From NCBI GenBank assembly GCA_964016885.1, contig OZ024741.1, positions 167,648,001 to 167,712,000 of the forward strand: a stretch of 64,000 bases of DNA, given 5' to 3'. Under the pieces are notes generated by a model that was not told the DNA's origin, searched no databases, and saw only the letters and a program-made list of their open reading frames with translations. The DNA is from Eledone cirrhosa (Eukaryota). Both the position numbers and the translations under genes were made by a program. Positions 27,798 to 39,589 of this stretch are shown one piece after another; positions within the stretch are counted from its first letter, which is position 1, and the number at the start of each line of letters is the position of its first letter.

Positions 27798-28190
27798 GTC
27801 CCACAACATCCAGGCCGAAACAAATGAGATCGTGTAGGTGTCACGACAAAAAACACACAGTCCACGCTGTAAATGTGGCCGTGTAGGCAACACGGTAAAA
27901 ACCTCCCAGCCCCACACTGTAAATGTGGTTGGTGTTAGGAAGGGCATCCAGCTGTAGAAAACCCGCCAGACAGTCCACGCTGTAATGTGGCCGTGTAGGC
28001 AACACGGTAAAAACCTCCCAGCCCCACACTGTAAATGTGGTTGGTGTTAGGAAGGGCATCCAACTGTAGAAAACCCGCCAGACAGTCCTATGCGAGCAAG
28101 ACAACCACTCTTGCCTCAAGTGGGAAAACCCCCGTCCAAACCCATGCAAGCGTGGAACACGGACGCTAAACCTGATGATGATGATGATAT
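27793..28190 (+). mobile_element. RTE LINE 3' UTR fragment with internal ~112-bp tandem duplication
   Basis: Matches the 3' UTR of the 61508-62757 LINE; duplicated unit 27857-27969 / 27970-28081; ends in (tga)n. Confidence 0.85.
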
Positions 28191-28473
28191 ATATACATGT
28201 AAACAAATTCAGATGATGGAATAGATTTAAAACATTTACCTTCCAATTTGTTCAAACAGCAGTCAAACCACACTAATGCGAGGACGATGAAATAAAATAA
28301 AAAGGAAAAAAATGTATTAAACACAGCTAAGTATCGGTGATTGCAGTGTATCTTCAGCGGTATTAATTACACCCAATGATCTTGGGTTCATCGCTTTATA
28401 AAATTTCATTAAAAATGTCGCCTTCAATCGATGAACAGATTTCCTTTCCCATTTGGGCTTGCTTTTATCAGAT

Positions 28474-29939
28474 CATCATCATCATCATCATCACCGTTTT
28501 ACGTCCGTTCTTCCACGCTAGCATGGGTTAGACGGGTTGCCCTGTTGTGTGCAGTGTCTGGTCGGCTGACCATGCCTTGCTCATACAGGAACTGATCTGG
28601 CTTGATTTCTACAGCTGGATGCCCTTCCTAACATCCAACCTCATTTACAGTGAGTGCTGGGTGCTTTTTCGTGGCGCCTACACGTCCACTTTACAGTGTG
28701 GGCTGGGTGCTTTTTTGCCGTGGCACCTCCACGACCACCTTGTGGTGGTGGGGGGGGGGGGGCATATTGTTTATATGCTTCAGCATGTACCCATGGGAGG
28801 TCGGGTACTCTGTATTACTGCATGACGCCAGAAGTCACGGTCGTGTGTCAGGGTAAGGTCGGCTTTTATCACCTCATCCCAGGTCATCTTGGGTCTCCCC
28901 ACTCCGCGGTTTCCATCAACTTCTAGTGCTCTGCACCTTTTTATGCAGCTGTCATCCTTCATATGCATCACATGCCCATACCAGCGCAACCGCCTCTCCT
29001 GCACACAGCATTTGATTCCTCTTATGCTCAGTCTCTCTCTCAATTCATTTATGCTTTGTCGTTCACGTATATTACTGTTACACATCCATCGGAGCATGCA
29101 GGCTTTGTTTGTCTCTAATCTACGTAAGTCTTCCACCTTCAGCGCCCAGGTCTCACTACCATGCAACATCGCTGTTCGGATACACGCATCATACAGTCTG
29201 CCTTTCATTCTGAGGGAGAAGCCTTTTGCAGCTAGCAGTGGTAGTAGTTCCCTAAACTTCTTCCATCCCGTTCTTACCCTAGTTATTGTACTTTCTGAAC
29301 ACCCACCTCCGTTGCTAATTCGGTCACCTAGGTAGCAGAAGCTGTCTACTGTTTCTACAGGGCCCTCCCAGAGATTGGTGGTACTTGTTTCCTGTGGCTG
29401 TTTGCTGCTTGCTGTTTCAGCACAGCTGCTGCATGTGAATCCTACATTCTTAATTAAGCTTCCTGAGATCCCGCTACATCTCTTGTGTACCCATTGTTTG
29501 CATTTGGGGCAGAGAATGGAGTTCCTACCTACACCTTTCCTACATACTGAGCAAGGCCATTTCCCTGAGGGGATCTGGGTTCTGTTTTCTCGTCTACTTA
29601 CAAGGACCTTAGTCTTTGTCATGTTGACTTTGAGACCCTTTCTCTCTAGTCCCTGCTTCCAGGTTTGGAATTTATTCTCTAGTTCTACCATAGATTCAGC
29701 TATGAGTGCAAGGTCATCAGCATACAGGAGTTCCCATGGGCATCCGGTCTTAAACTCCTCCGTTATTGCCTGCAGGACTATGATGAACAGGAGATGGCTA
29801 AGAACAGAGCCCTGGTGGACCCCAACCTGTACGCTAAATTCCTCGCTATACTCATTGCTAATCCTAACTTTGCTGACTGCTCCCCTATACATGGCTTGTA
29901 CAGCTTTCACAAGCCATTCATCTACTCCTAGTTTTCTAA
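28474..29939 (-). mobile_element. 5'-truncated RTE LINE: RT C-half, zinc-finger insert and 3' UTR
   Basis: GVHQGSVLS..LF...LLYADDLAL...FCYLG...LHGSETW...RRLRWYGHV, intact over 376 aa; contains CSVC..C..C..WVHKRC...C..C; (cat)n tail at 28474. Confidence 0.95.
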
Positions 29940-29970
29940 ATCATTGGTTTTCTAGATCATTGGTTATAAT

Positions 29971-32607
29971 CAGTGGCGGATTAGCCAGGTTGTCAACTTG
30001 CTTGATGTCAAGTGGCCCCCCCAGGGCCCACGGTAGTACTTTAGGGGCCAATACAAAAACGTTGCTTTCAAAGAAAATATCAGTTCTAGAGAAAGAATAA
30101 GGAAAAAAATACAATTAAACATACTAGGGTCAACTTTTACATGAGATCGAGTATGTATTTAAAAGACGGAAAAAGAATTTGCCAACGACCGCTATGAGGA
30201 ATTGAACACCATATTTTCCAGATAGTGGATAGAAGATATCTGGAAGGGTTCAATTCCTCATAGCGGTCGTTGGCAAATTCTTTTTCTGTCTTTTAAGAGT
30301 CTTCACCCTATTTTATAAGTAATCTTTTTAGCATTTCTGCGCTTGAGCACTTTCTTTCTACTCATATAATTCAGTATTTATATATCATTTGTTGTTTGTA
30401 GGGGGAAAATATGAAAATATTAAAAGTAGTATCTGACAAATGATAGAATAAATGAAACCGATATGAAAGGTTATATAGATATTTAATGAAACCCATAAAG
30501 CAGGAAAGACGATAAATTTGAAATGGAGGAGCTATTAAGTGCCGTTATGCTGAGAGGACATGATGTGGGTGATAAATTTTTCAGTTTTTCCATTTTTAGA
30601 AACTAGATTTATTTACCTTAGCCATTGTATTTTGATTATCTATGAAAAAAATGTTCGCTATATTATGTCTCTGGCGGTATATATTTTGATTTTCTTCTAG
30701 TTACTAAGTGATAATGTGAGATTCGAGAGGTTTTCAAGGAAACCGGCTTCCAGTTACAATGCAAGGTGGGAGATGATCTATCTGTCTATCTCTCTCTCTC
30801 TATATAGGGCTATATTTGTACAACACTCATGAGCATATCTATGAATAAGTGTAGGCATGTCAGTTCGTCTTCTCGCGCTCTGAGAGAGAGAATTGAGTCT
30901 TCGCGCGCAGTGAGAGAGAGAATTGTATGTACAGATAAAACTGAAAATAATTAAATAAATAAAAGTAAATTTTAGTCTTTAATTGATAGAATAACCGAAC
31001 AAGGTATCCAACAATGTAAAATACTTCAGCAAAATCCATACATAAGTGTAAAGTAGGTGAGACCATAAAGATTCCAAAGGTTAATACTTGCAATATAATT
31101 TTCTACTTTTGGGACAAGGCCAGCAATTATCCAGTACATTACTGGTACTTTAATACTTGCAATATAATGTTTATTCGAACAGTCTCGGTGGTTGAGTGGT
31201 ATAACTGCTGGTTATATAATTGTATAACTGCTAATGTTCAGCGTTCAATCTCTTCGCCCCCCCCCCCTCACACCAAAGAATTGTTTCTTGCGTTACTAAC
31301 TAGAATGTAGAAGGCATTGCTTTTCAAATAGATTTCTTTCCGACCTTTCACAAAACATTTTTCATACAGATAATTTTTTCGACATCTTCAAAAACACATT
31401 TCATATAGATTTTTTTCTACTCATCACAAAACATTTCATAGATTTTTTTTTTCGACACTTTCAAAAACACACATTTCATATAGATTTTTTTTTTACCTTT
31501 CACAAAATGCACTTATCGTATAGCTTCTTTATTTTTATTTTTTTATTTTTTTTTAGACCTTTCACAAAACACTTTTTCATAGATTCATTTTCTACATTTT
31601 CAAAACGCATTTCATAGAGATTTTCTTTCGAAACTTTCAAAAACACGCTTTCAATATTCTTTTTTTTTTTTTACCGTTCTCAAAATATTTTTTCATATCG
31701 ATTTTTTTTTTTTCGACATTTCTCAAAACACACTTTTCATACAGATTGTCTTTCAATACTTTCAAAAACACACATTTCATTTATTTTTTTCGACACTCAG
31801 AAATACGCATTTCATATTTATTTTCGACATTTTCAAACCACATTTGAAATAGATTTTATTTTTCGACACACTCTTCATATAGATTTTTTTTTCGAAACTT
31901 TCGAAAACAAACTTTCAAAAGCACGCTTTTCATATAGATTTTTTTTTCGACCGTTCTCAAAATATTTTTTCATATCGATTTTTTTTTTTTTTTCTTCGAC
32001 ATTTCTCAGAACACACTTTTCATACAGATTTTCTTCAATACTTTCAAAAACATACATTTCATTTATTTTTTGTTTCTTTTCGACACTTTCAGAAACTGAC
32101 ATTTCATACACATTTCATATTCATTTTCAACATTCATTATTTCGACACTTTCAAAAAAAATTTCATATAGATTTGTTTCGAAACTTTCAAAAACCATTTT
32201 CATACACATTTTTTTCGATACTTTCTAAAACATAACTTTTCATTTATTTTATTTATTTATTTTTTTTTTACATTTTCAAAAACACATTTCATGTTTTCAA
32301 CACTTTCAAAAATACTCATTTCATGTAGTTTTTTTTCCGACCCTTTCAAAAACACTCTTTTCATATCGATTTCTTTTTGAGCTTTCATAAAACACTTTTG
32401 ATACAGATTTTTTTTTGACATTTTCAAAAACACATTTCATATTTTTTCGACCGTTCTCAAAACATTCTTTTCATATGGGTTTTTTTTCGACATTTCTCAC
32501 AATACACTTTTCAATACAGATTTTCTTTCAATACTTTCAAAAACACACATTTCATATTTTTTCATAAAAGACACTTTTCGGCCTTTCATAAAACACAATT
32601 TTCATAT

Positions 32608-32639
<32 letters not shown>

Positions 32640-35211
32640 CGACACTTTCGAAAATCCACATTTCATATAGATTTTCTTTGACACTTTCAAAAATACTTTT
32701 TTCATATAAATTTTTTGTCGACACTTTCAAAACCACACTTTTCATATAGATTTCTTTTCGACCTTTCATAAAACACAATTTTCATATTTTTTTCGACCCT
32801 TTCAAAAACATGCATTTCATATAGATTTTTTTTTTACATTTCACAAAACGTGGCTTTCATATTAATATAGATTTTTTTTTTCCGGACTCTCTTCAATATA
32901 GATTTTTATTTTATTTTTTTTTATTTTTTTCCTTCTTCGACATTTTCAAAAACACATTTCATATTTGTTTTCAACACTTTCATAAATACTCATTTTGTAT
33001 AGATTTCTTTTTTTTGATACTTTCAAAAATACACATTTCGTATACATTTATTTTCGAATATAGATTTTTTTTTTTTTTTCCTTTTTCGAAAATAAGCTTT
33101 TCGTATAGATTTTATTTTCCTCCGTTCTCAAAACACACTTTTCATACAGATATTTTTTCGACCTTACACAAAACACTCTTTTCATAGATTTACTGTCGAC
33201 ACTTTCGAAAACTCTTCATAGACCCCCCCCCCCGACATTTTCAAAAACACATTTCATGTTTTCAACACTTTCAAAAATATGCATTTCATAGATTTCTTTT
33301 CGACCTTTCATAAAACACAATTTTCATATAGATTTCTTTTCGACTTCTTCAAAAACACATTTCATGTAGATTTTTTTTTTCTATCTTTCACAAAACACAC
33401 TTCCATACTGATTTTTTTTTTTTTTTTTTTACAACACTTTCAAAAACACACTTTTCATAAAGATTTTTTTTCGATACTTTAAAAAACACTTCATATAGAT
33501 TTTTTTTTTTTCACTAAACAAGTTTTTCATAGTTTTTTCGACATTTTCAAAAATACACATTTCATATAGATTTATTTTCGATACTTTCAAAAACACTTCA
33601 TATAAATTTTCTTTCGACGCTTTTAAAAACCAATTTCATATAGATTGTTTTTTTGATAATTTCGAAAACACGTTTTTCATATAGATTTTTTTTTCCACCG
33701 TTCTCAAAATACAGATTTTTTTTTTTCTTTGACACTTTCAAAAACACATTTCATAGATTTGTGTTCGTTACTTTCAAAAGCATACTTTTCATATTCATTT
33801 TTTTTTCGAAACTTTAAAAAATACGCATTTCATATTCAACATGTTTAAAAACATTTCCTATAGATTTTTTTTTTCAACCGTTCTCAAAACACACTTTTCA
33901 TACAGAATCTTTTCGACAACACGCTCTTCACATAGAATTTCTTTCGATACTTCTCAAAACACACTTTTGATAGATTTTCTTTCGAAACTTTCAAAAACAC
34001 GCTTCGTACACATTTTGTTTCGACACTTTCGAAAACAAACTTTACATATATATATATATTTGTTCTTTTCCACATTTTCAAAAACTCATTCCATATTTTG
34101 TTTCGACATTTTCGAAAACACCTTTCTTATACCTTTCTCAAAACACAGAATTTTTTTCGACACTTTCAAACTCAGTTTCCATATAGATTACTTTTCGTTC
34201 TTTCACAAAACACACTCGTTTACAGATCTTTTTTCTTTGACACTTTCAAAAACACTTTTCATGTAGATTTTTCTTTGTCACTTTCAAAAACATTTCCTAT
34301 ACATTTTTTTTCGACACTTTCGAAAACAAACTTTTCATAGATTTTTTTTGATTTTTTTTAGACATTTTCAAAAGCAAGCTTTTCATATAGATTTTTTTTT
34401 CGACCGTTCTCAAAACATTTTTTTCATATAGATTTTTTTTCGACATTTCTCGAAACACTTTTCATAGATTTTCTTTCAATACTTTAAACACTCATTTCAT
34501 TTTTGTTTCTTTTCGACACTTTCAGAAAGTGACATTTCATATTCATTTTCGACATCCATATATTTTTTCGACACTTTCAAAAAAAAATTCATATAGATTT
34601 TTTTCGACCGTTCTCAAAACATTCTGTTCATATAGACATTTCTCAAAATACACTTTCAATACAGATATTCTTTCAATTCTTTTTTTCGACACTTTCAGAA
34701 ATACGCATTTCATATTTATTTTGGACATTTTCAAAACATTTGAAATAGATTTTTTTTCGACACTTTCATAAACACACTCTTCATATATATTTCGATACTT
34801 TCTAAAACAAACATTTCATAGATTTTTTTTTCCCCCAACACTTTCAAAAATACATTTCATACTTTTTTCAACTTTCAAAAATACACTTTTCCTAGATTTT
34901 TTTTTACGACACTTCAAAACCACTCTTTTCATATAGTTTTTTGGTTTTTTTTCGACACTATATATTTTCGACATAGAGATTTTCTTTTCCAGCACTTTCA
35001 AAAAGACATTTCATACACATCTATTTTTTTTTTTTTTTGACACTTTCGAAAATACGCATTTCATATAGATTTTTATTTTTTTTATTTTTTTTTTTATTTT
35101 TATTTTCGAAATAGAGGATTTAAAAAAAAAATTCATATAAAAATTACATGATAGTATTGTAGTTGTCTAGGCCTCCTTGCAACCAATATTTTTAGAACCA
35201 GTCCGCCAATG
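29971..35211. mobile_element. Putative non-autonomous hAT-like DNA transposon carrying a satellite
   Basis: Imperfect TIRs cagtggcggattag (29971) / ccagtccgccaatg (ends 35211); subterminal ggcccc/gggccc motifs; no clean 8-bp TSD. Confidence 0.5.
31315..35120. repeat. Degenerate AT-rich satellite, ~33-38 bp unit gat(t)ncgacactttcaaaaacacatttcatata
   Basis: Roughly 100 variable units with alternating T- and A-tracts; variant ccgttctcaaaa recurs at ~31673, 31950, 32449, 33121, 33697, 33877, 34403 and 34607. Confidence 0.92.
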
Positions 35212-35241
35212 TATATATATCTATGTGTATGTGCCTAACAT

Positions 35242-35703
35242 TTGTGAAGGCTGTACAAGCCATGTATAGAGAAGTCAGGGTTAACAATGACTATAGTGAG
35301 GGATTTAGTGTACAAGTTAGTGTCCTTAGCTCGCTCCTGTTTATCGTTTTTTAGACTATAACAGGAGTTTAAGACCGGCTGCTCATGGGAATTTCTAAAG
35401 AAATCCAAACATGGAAACGGGGCATAGAAAGAAGGGGTCTTAAAGTCAACCTGACAAAGACTAAGGTCCTAGTAAGTAGAAGAAAAAACAAAACCCAGAT
35501 CCCCTTAGGGAAATGGCCTTGTCCAGTATGTAGGAAAGGCGCTGGTAGAAATTCCATCCTTTGCCCCATATGCAAAATGTGGGTACACGAGATGTAGTGG
35601 AATCTCAGTAAGTTTAGCTCAATGTAGGCTTTACATGTGGCAGTTGCACTAGAACAGTAAGCAGCAAACGACTGCAGGAAACAAGCTTACCAAATTCTCA
35701 GAT
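35242..35703 (+). mobile_element. Degraded RTE LINE internal fragment
   Basis: GLKVNLTKTKVLV...KWPCPVCRKGAGRNSILCPICKMWVH, homologous to 28780-29910 with deletions. Confidence 0.9.
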
Positions 35704-35741
<38 letters not shown>

Positions 35742-36257
35742 ATGAGAAGAATGAATACTGCGTGGTTGCACATGGGTTACATATGATAAAAATAGTCCTT
35801 CATCAGTGATTTTCCAACCTTCATTGGTATTTCATCGCTTTAAAAATCATATACCTCCAGTTGGTGCGAGCAATAGCTAAATAAAGCTATTGGGACAAGT
35901 AAATCGCGTAAAGCGAGCGAAACAAGTAAACAAACATAGAAGGATAGCAACGCAAAGATAGGAAAAAACAAGCACATGGGAGTCCGATCACCTTAAACTG
36001 TGTGGATTTCATGGGCGAGAAGGACCGCAGACCATCCGACGTGAGTGAGGTGTGAGCAAGAAAGGACCCCACTTCAGGCCAAATGGGAGGAAGTGAGAAG
36101 GGGAGAAGCAGAGAGTGAGTGAGTGGAAGTGCGAGGAAGAGGCCAGTCGAGAGAAAGTGTAACTGACAGAGGGGGCGAAAGAAGGTGAGAGAAACAGAGA
36201 GGGGGGAAGCAGTAAGAAACAGACAAACGCAGTTGGGGAAAATATATATAAAAGTGA

Positions 36258-36632
36258 CGGCACATGGCTTAGTGGTGAGAGCATTGGGCTTACAATCGAA
36301 AGGTTGTGAGTTCAATTCTCAGACTGGGTGATGTGTTGTTTCCTTGAGCAAGACACTTTATTTCACATTGTTCCAGTTTACTCAGCTGTAGAAATGAGAT
36401 GATAGGGACTGGGGTCCATATCATTCCACTGCAAAGTGGTCGTGGAGGTGCCATGGCAAAAAAGCACCCAGCGCACACTGTAAAGTGGACGTGGAGGTGC
36501 CACGGTAAAAAAAGTACCCGCTGTAAATGAGATTGGTGTTAGGAAGGGCATCAAGCCAGAATCAGTTCCCATCCCACCCTTGCAAGCAGGGAAAAGTGGA
36601 CGTAAAATGAAATGATGATGATGATGATGATA
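36258..36632 (+). mobile_element. RTE-tailed tRNA SINE (full length)
   Basis: ggcacatggcttagtggtgagagc...ggacgtaaaatgaaa(tga)n. Confidence 0.9.
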
Positions 36633-37279
36633 CATATGAGAACACTATTTTGCTTATGTAAGCGATAGTATGAATCTACTTCGTTGTAAAACACATCCTT
36701 AAACCAACACCACTAATGACTGATTTTTAAACAAAATGTAACATAATTAAAAATAGCGATACTTTAACACAGCAAAGATTAAACACTACTTTACTCACAA
36801 AACACGCTCTGTTAAATTGCACTGCTTCTCTGATTTAAATTTGCCACAAGAAATCGGAATTTAGAATGCACGCCATTATTAACTCATATGTTCTCTACCT
36901 CCAATCTTTCTTTATATTGGAGTGAAGAACCTGACTAATAATGATGTATTTACCTATTGGATATCTATTAATGTGAAAACTAATTCTTATGGACTCTGGA
37001 CTATTTTGTGTTTTTCTCTCTATATGTCATGTCACTACCACCAATGAATGTTCCTCTGACAATCACTCAAAATAAAATGTACAATTTTTTACCACAGCTT
37101 AAAAAACACTTCACTATATTTAGTACCTCATTTCCAACAATCGAGGAAACAAACCAAATTCTAAGTGCTTACCAATGTGTCCGAACACGGAATAACCGAA
37201 CACCCACCGTCATCGCCTCCAGCTCTCTCGCCCTTTCCATCTCTCTGTATTATGAGCAAATGGGGTCCCACATGCTGGC

Positions 37280-37810
37280 TGCTCCACAGCCCTGGCAGAC
37301 AGAATGGAGAAGGCGTTTCCCTGGAGGATGGTAAGGGAGATGCTCTGGAAGAGCCATTCCTTCTTGTGAGACTCACACCTGCGGCTGGCCAGCTCAGCGC
37401 CTATGGTGGTAAGTAGGGAGGTAGCCCTAGGGCCAAGGACACCAAAAGTCTCCACTGCCAAGGGCGCGACTGCAAACCTGTCGAAGAGCGACCGGTACTT
37501 GGAGAGTTTGTCCTCCGCAGGCCGAAGTGCAACAGAACCTGGGTTAGTTGCAGACTGCACCAGGTTGTGGCTGGAGAAAGTGTTGCTGCAAGTGGCATCC
37601 CAGACCAGGGGTTTGCCACCACGGAACGGGAAGATGGTCATACTGTCTGGCCTTTTGCCATCCCCTCAGTCCAGCCCCACCGGCTTGAGCTGGGGGGGGA
37701 AGCCTGCAGCATCCAAGCCATGCTTTATGATCTCGTTGAGGGTGGCTGGCACTGTAGCAACAGGAAAGTGGGTGGAGGCCGAAAGAGTCCACGGTGGCTC
37801 CACAACGACA
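37280..37810 (-). mobile_element. CRE-like non-LTR retrotransposon 3' fragment (restriction-like endonuclease)
   Basis: Frameshifted HPLSC...LNEII...DGKRPD.MTIFPF..GKPLVWDATC...KLSKY...PLAVETFGVLG...LFQSISLTILQGNA. Confidence 0.8.
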
Positions 37811-37901
37811 TTGCCTCTACCTTGCTTTGCTTACCTATATTCAATATTTGATAATGCCAACATTCCTGATATATGTATTTGATTAAATTCAATCCCTTTT
37901 T

Positions 37902-38028
37902 ATAATCCTGATGATATGCAGGTATTTATATATAATGTATTGTATAAATAATTAATTGTTTCTGATTGATTTGTTGTTTGCATATGTATGTAAACTTATC
38001 ACCTGTATAGAAACGATTTTAGATATTA
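37902..38028 (+). ncRNA. Hammerhead-like motif with a 77-nt loop II
   Basis: auc-CUGAUGA (37908)-UAUGCAGGU...ACCUGUAUA-GAAAC (38010)-gauu-UUA-gau; 9-bp stem II; stem III degenerate. Confidence 0.55.
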
Positions 38029-38087
38029 AATGGATTTAATTTGATAACCTTGGTTCTCTTCATTAAACATATATATGCGTGTGTGTG

Positions 38088-38130
<43 letters not shown>

Positions 38131-38133
<3 letters not shown>

Positions 38134-38303
38134 AAGAGACAGGACCCCGACGGCTGAGCTTCGGTCATTTCGACAGCTAGATCTGATCTAACTGTTGAAA
38201 CAACTGGAGCTCAGCTGTCGGGATCCTGACTCTTTTCCTACTACCCTAAGTATTGAGTACTCTGCTGCGATATGGTCCACCTGGTATCTTACCACACCTT
38301 CTT
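38131..38303. mobile_element. Foldback element with half hammerhead and right-side tail, in (TA)n
   Basis: Arms 38134-38183 / 38185-38236; GAAAC..GAGCUC..GUC stem III; tail homologous to 58941-59005. Confidence 0.8.
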
Positions 38304-38319
38304 TATATATATATATATA

Positions 38320-38525
38320 GAAAATTTAATATAGAAATAGCTTCTACAGGACTAGAACAGTTTCATTCAGAGGAAATCATCGGAAAGCTTTCCTGATGAT
38401 TTCCTTCGAATAAAACAGTTCTAGTCCTGTAGAAGCTATTTCTATATTAAATTTGATGTTTACAACTCTACTAATGTATTGAGTACCTTACTTACTATGA
38501 TTAGCCCCGATTGAACCGAAGACTT
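38320..38525. mobile_element. Foldback hammerhead element with right-side tail
   Basis: Arms 38322-38387 / 38388-38454, centre ggaaagctttcc; arm consensus CUGAUGA-uuuccucugaau-GAAAC-uguucua-GUC-cuguagaagc. Confidence 0.8.
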
Positions 38526-38569
38526 GTGTGTGTGAGAGAGAAAATAAACACCTTTTATTTCTTTTACAG

Positions 38570-38615
38570 AGCATTTTACCCTGTGTTGTTCATTGCAGAA
38601 GTTTATGTTGGCAAA
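38570..38615 (+). CDS. Candidate host-gene exon A (phase 2 to 0): AFYPVLFIAEVYVGK
   Basis: ccttttatttcttttacag acceptor and AAA|gtaagt donor; joins exon B in frame. Confidence 0.55.
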
Positions 38616-39145
38616 GTAAGTTGTTTGCTTGTAATTTCATTGCTTCATTTTTTAATATATTTTTTAACAGGTTTTCTTTATCTATTTATTTTTTTATTGG
38701 ACTTATTTCACTGTCATCAGTCAATGCCAACATTAGCTCTTAACATCCTCTAACACATGAATCCACAATAAGACATTTTTGAAAAGTTCAAAATAACAAA
38801 ATACTTTTGAAAAATACAAAATAACACTGACTGAACCACATTTAAAATGTCTTTTCTTTAATACAGCAATTTTACAGTGATCTTTCCACTAGTGTAGGTA
38901 TTATAAACATTTTAATTAATGAACCACATTAACAAGACATACTTGAAAAGTACAAAACAGCATTATGATGGCATCACATTAAAAATTTCAATCTTTACTT
39001 GAATTAACAAACTACATGAGACCACTTCTTCAAGAGTCTAAAATGGCACAATGACTGCTTCACAATAAAAATTCAAGTCTTTACACTAATACTGCAAATT
39101 TTCACAATAGTCTATCCACCAGTAAAGATGCTATAAACATTTGAG

Positions 39146-39365
39146 TTAACCCTTTAGCATTTAAACTGGCCGTATCTGGCCCCAATTCTCTTAACTCTTT
39201 GTTAAAACCGGCTGTAACCAGCCATTCATGCCGATGTTAAGGTATTGTTCTCAAAATAAATATCAAAATCTCATAGATTCAATATTATGAGATAATTATG
39301 TGAAATAAAGTGTTTACCATGAAAATACAATAGTATATAGAGTAATGTAAATGTGAAAGGGTTAA
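39146..39365. mobile_element. piggyBac-like MITE
   Basis: TTAA-ccctttagcattta ... taaatgtgaaaggg-TTAA. Confidence 0.75.
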
Positions 39366-39589
39366 CAAACCTGTTTTTACACATTTTCTGCTAAACCATT
39401 ACAGAATGTTAAGAGTTAAAATAAAATAGCAAAACCTATCACCTTTCAGCTTTCCAAACTTTATCGAAGCTTTCCTTCTTCTCCAAATTTGTTATCCTCT
39501 TTCATTGTCCTTATCATATTGATTATCAGTGATAACCATCATAATTGTGAGTATGTATCCTATTTAGAATAGATACACAATATCTCTGC

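Noticed and set aside
28889-30100. + strand ORFs (also 24082, 24379, 61940)
   Set aside because: Antisense shadows of RTE ORFs.
31875-35001. K/F/S-rich ORFs
   Set aside because: Chance frames in the AT-rich satellite.
35790-35812. CUGAUGA-aggac on - strand (also CUGAUGA at ~49883 on +) as hammerheads
   Set aside because: No properly placed GAAA/NUH or closing stems found.
36258-36330. tRNA gene
   Set aside because: A/B boxes are present but there is no complete cloverleaf, and it continues into SINE core and tail.
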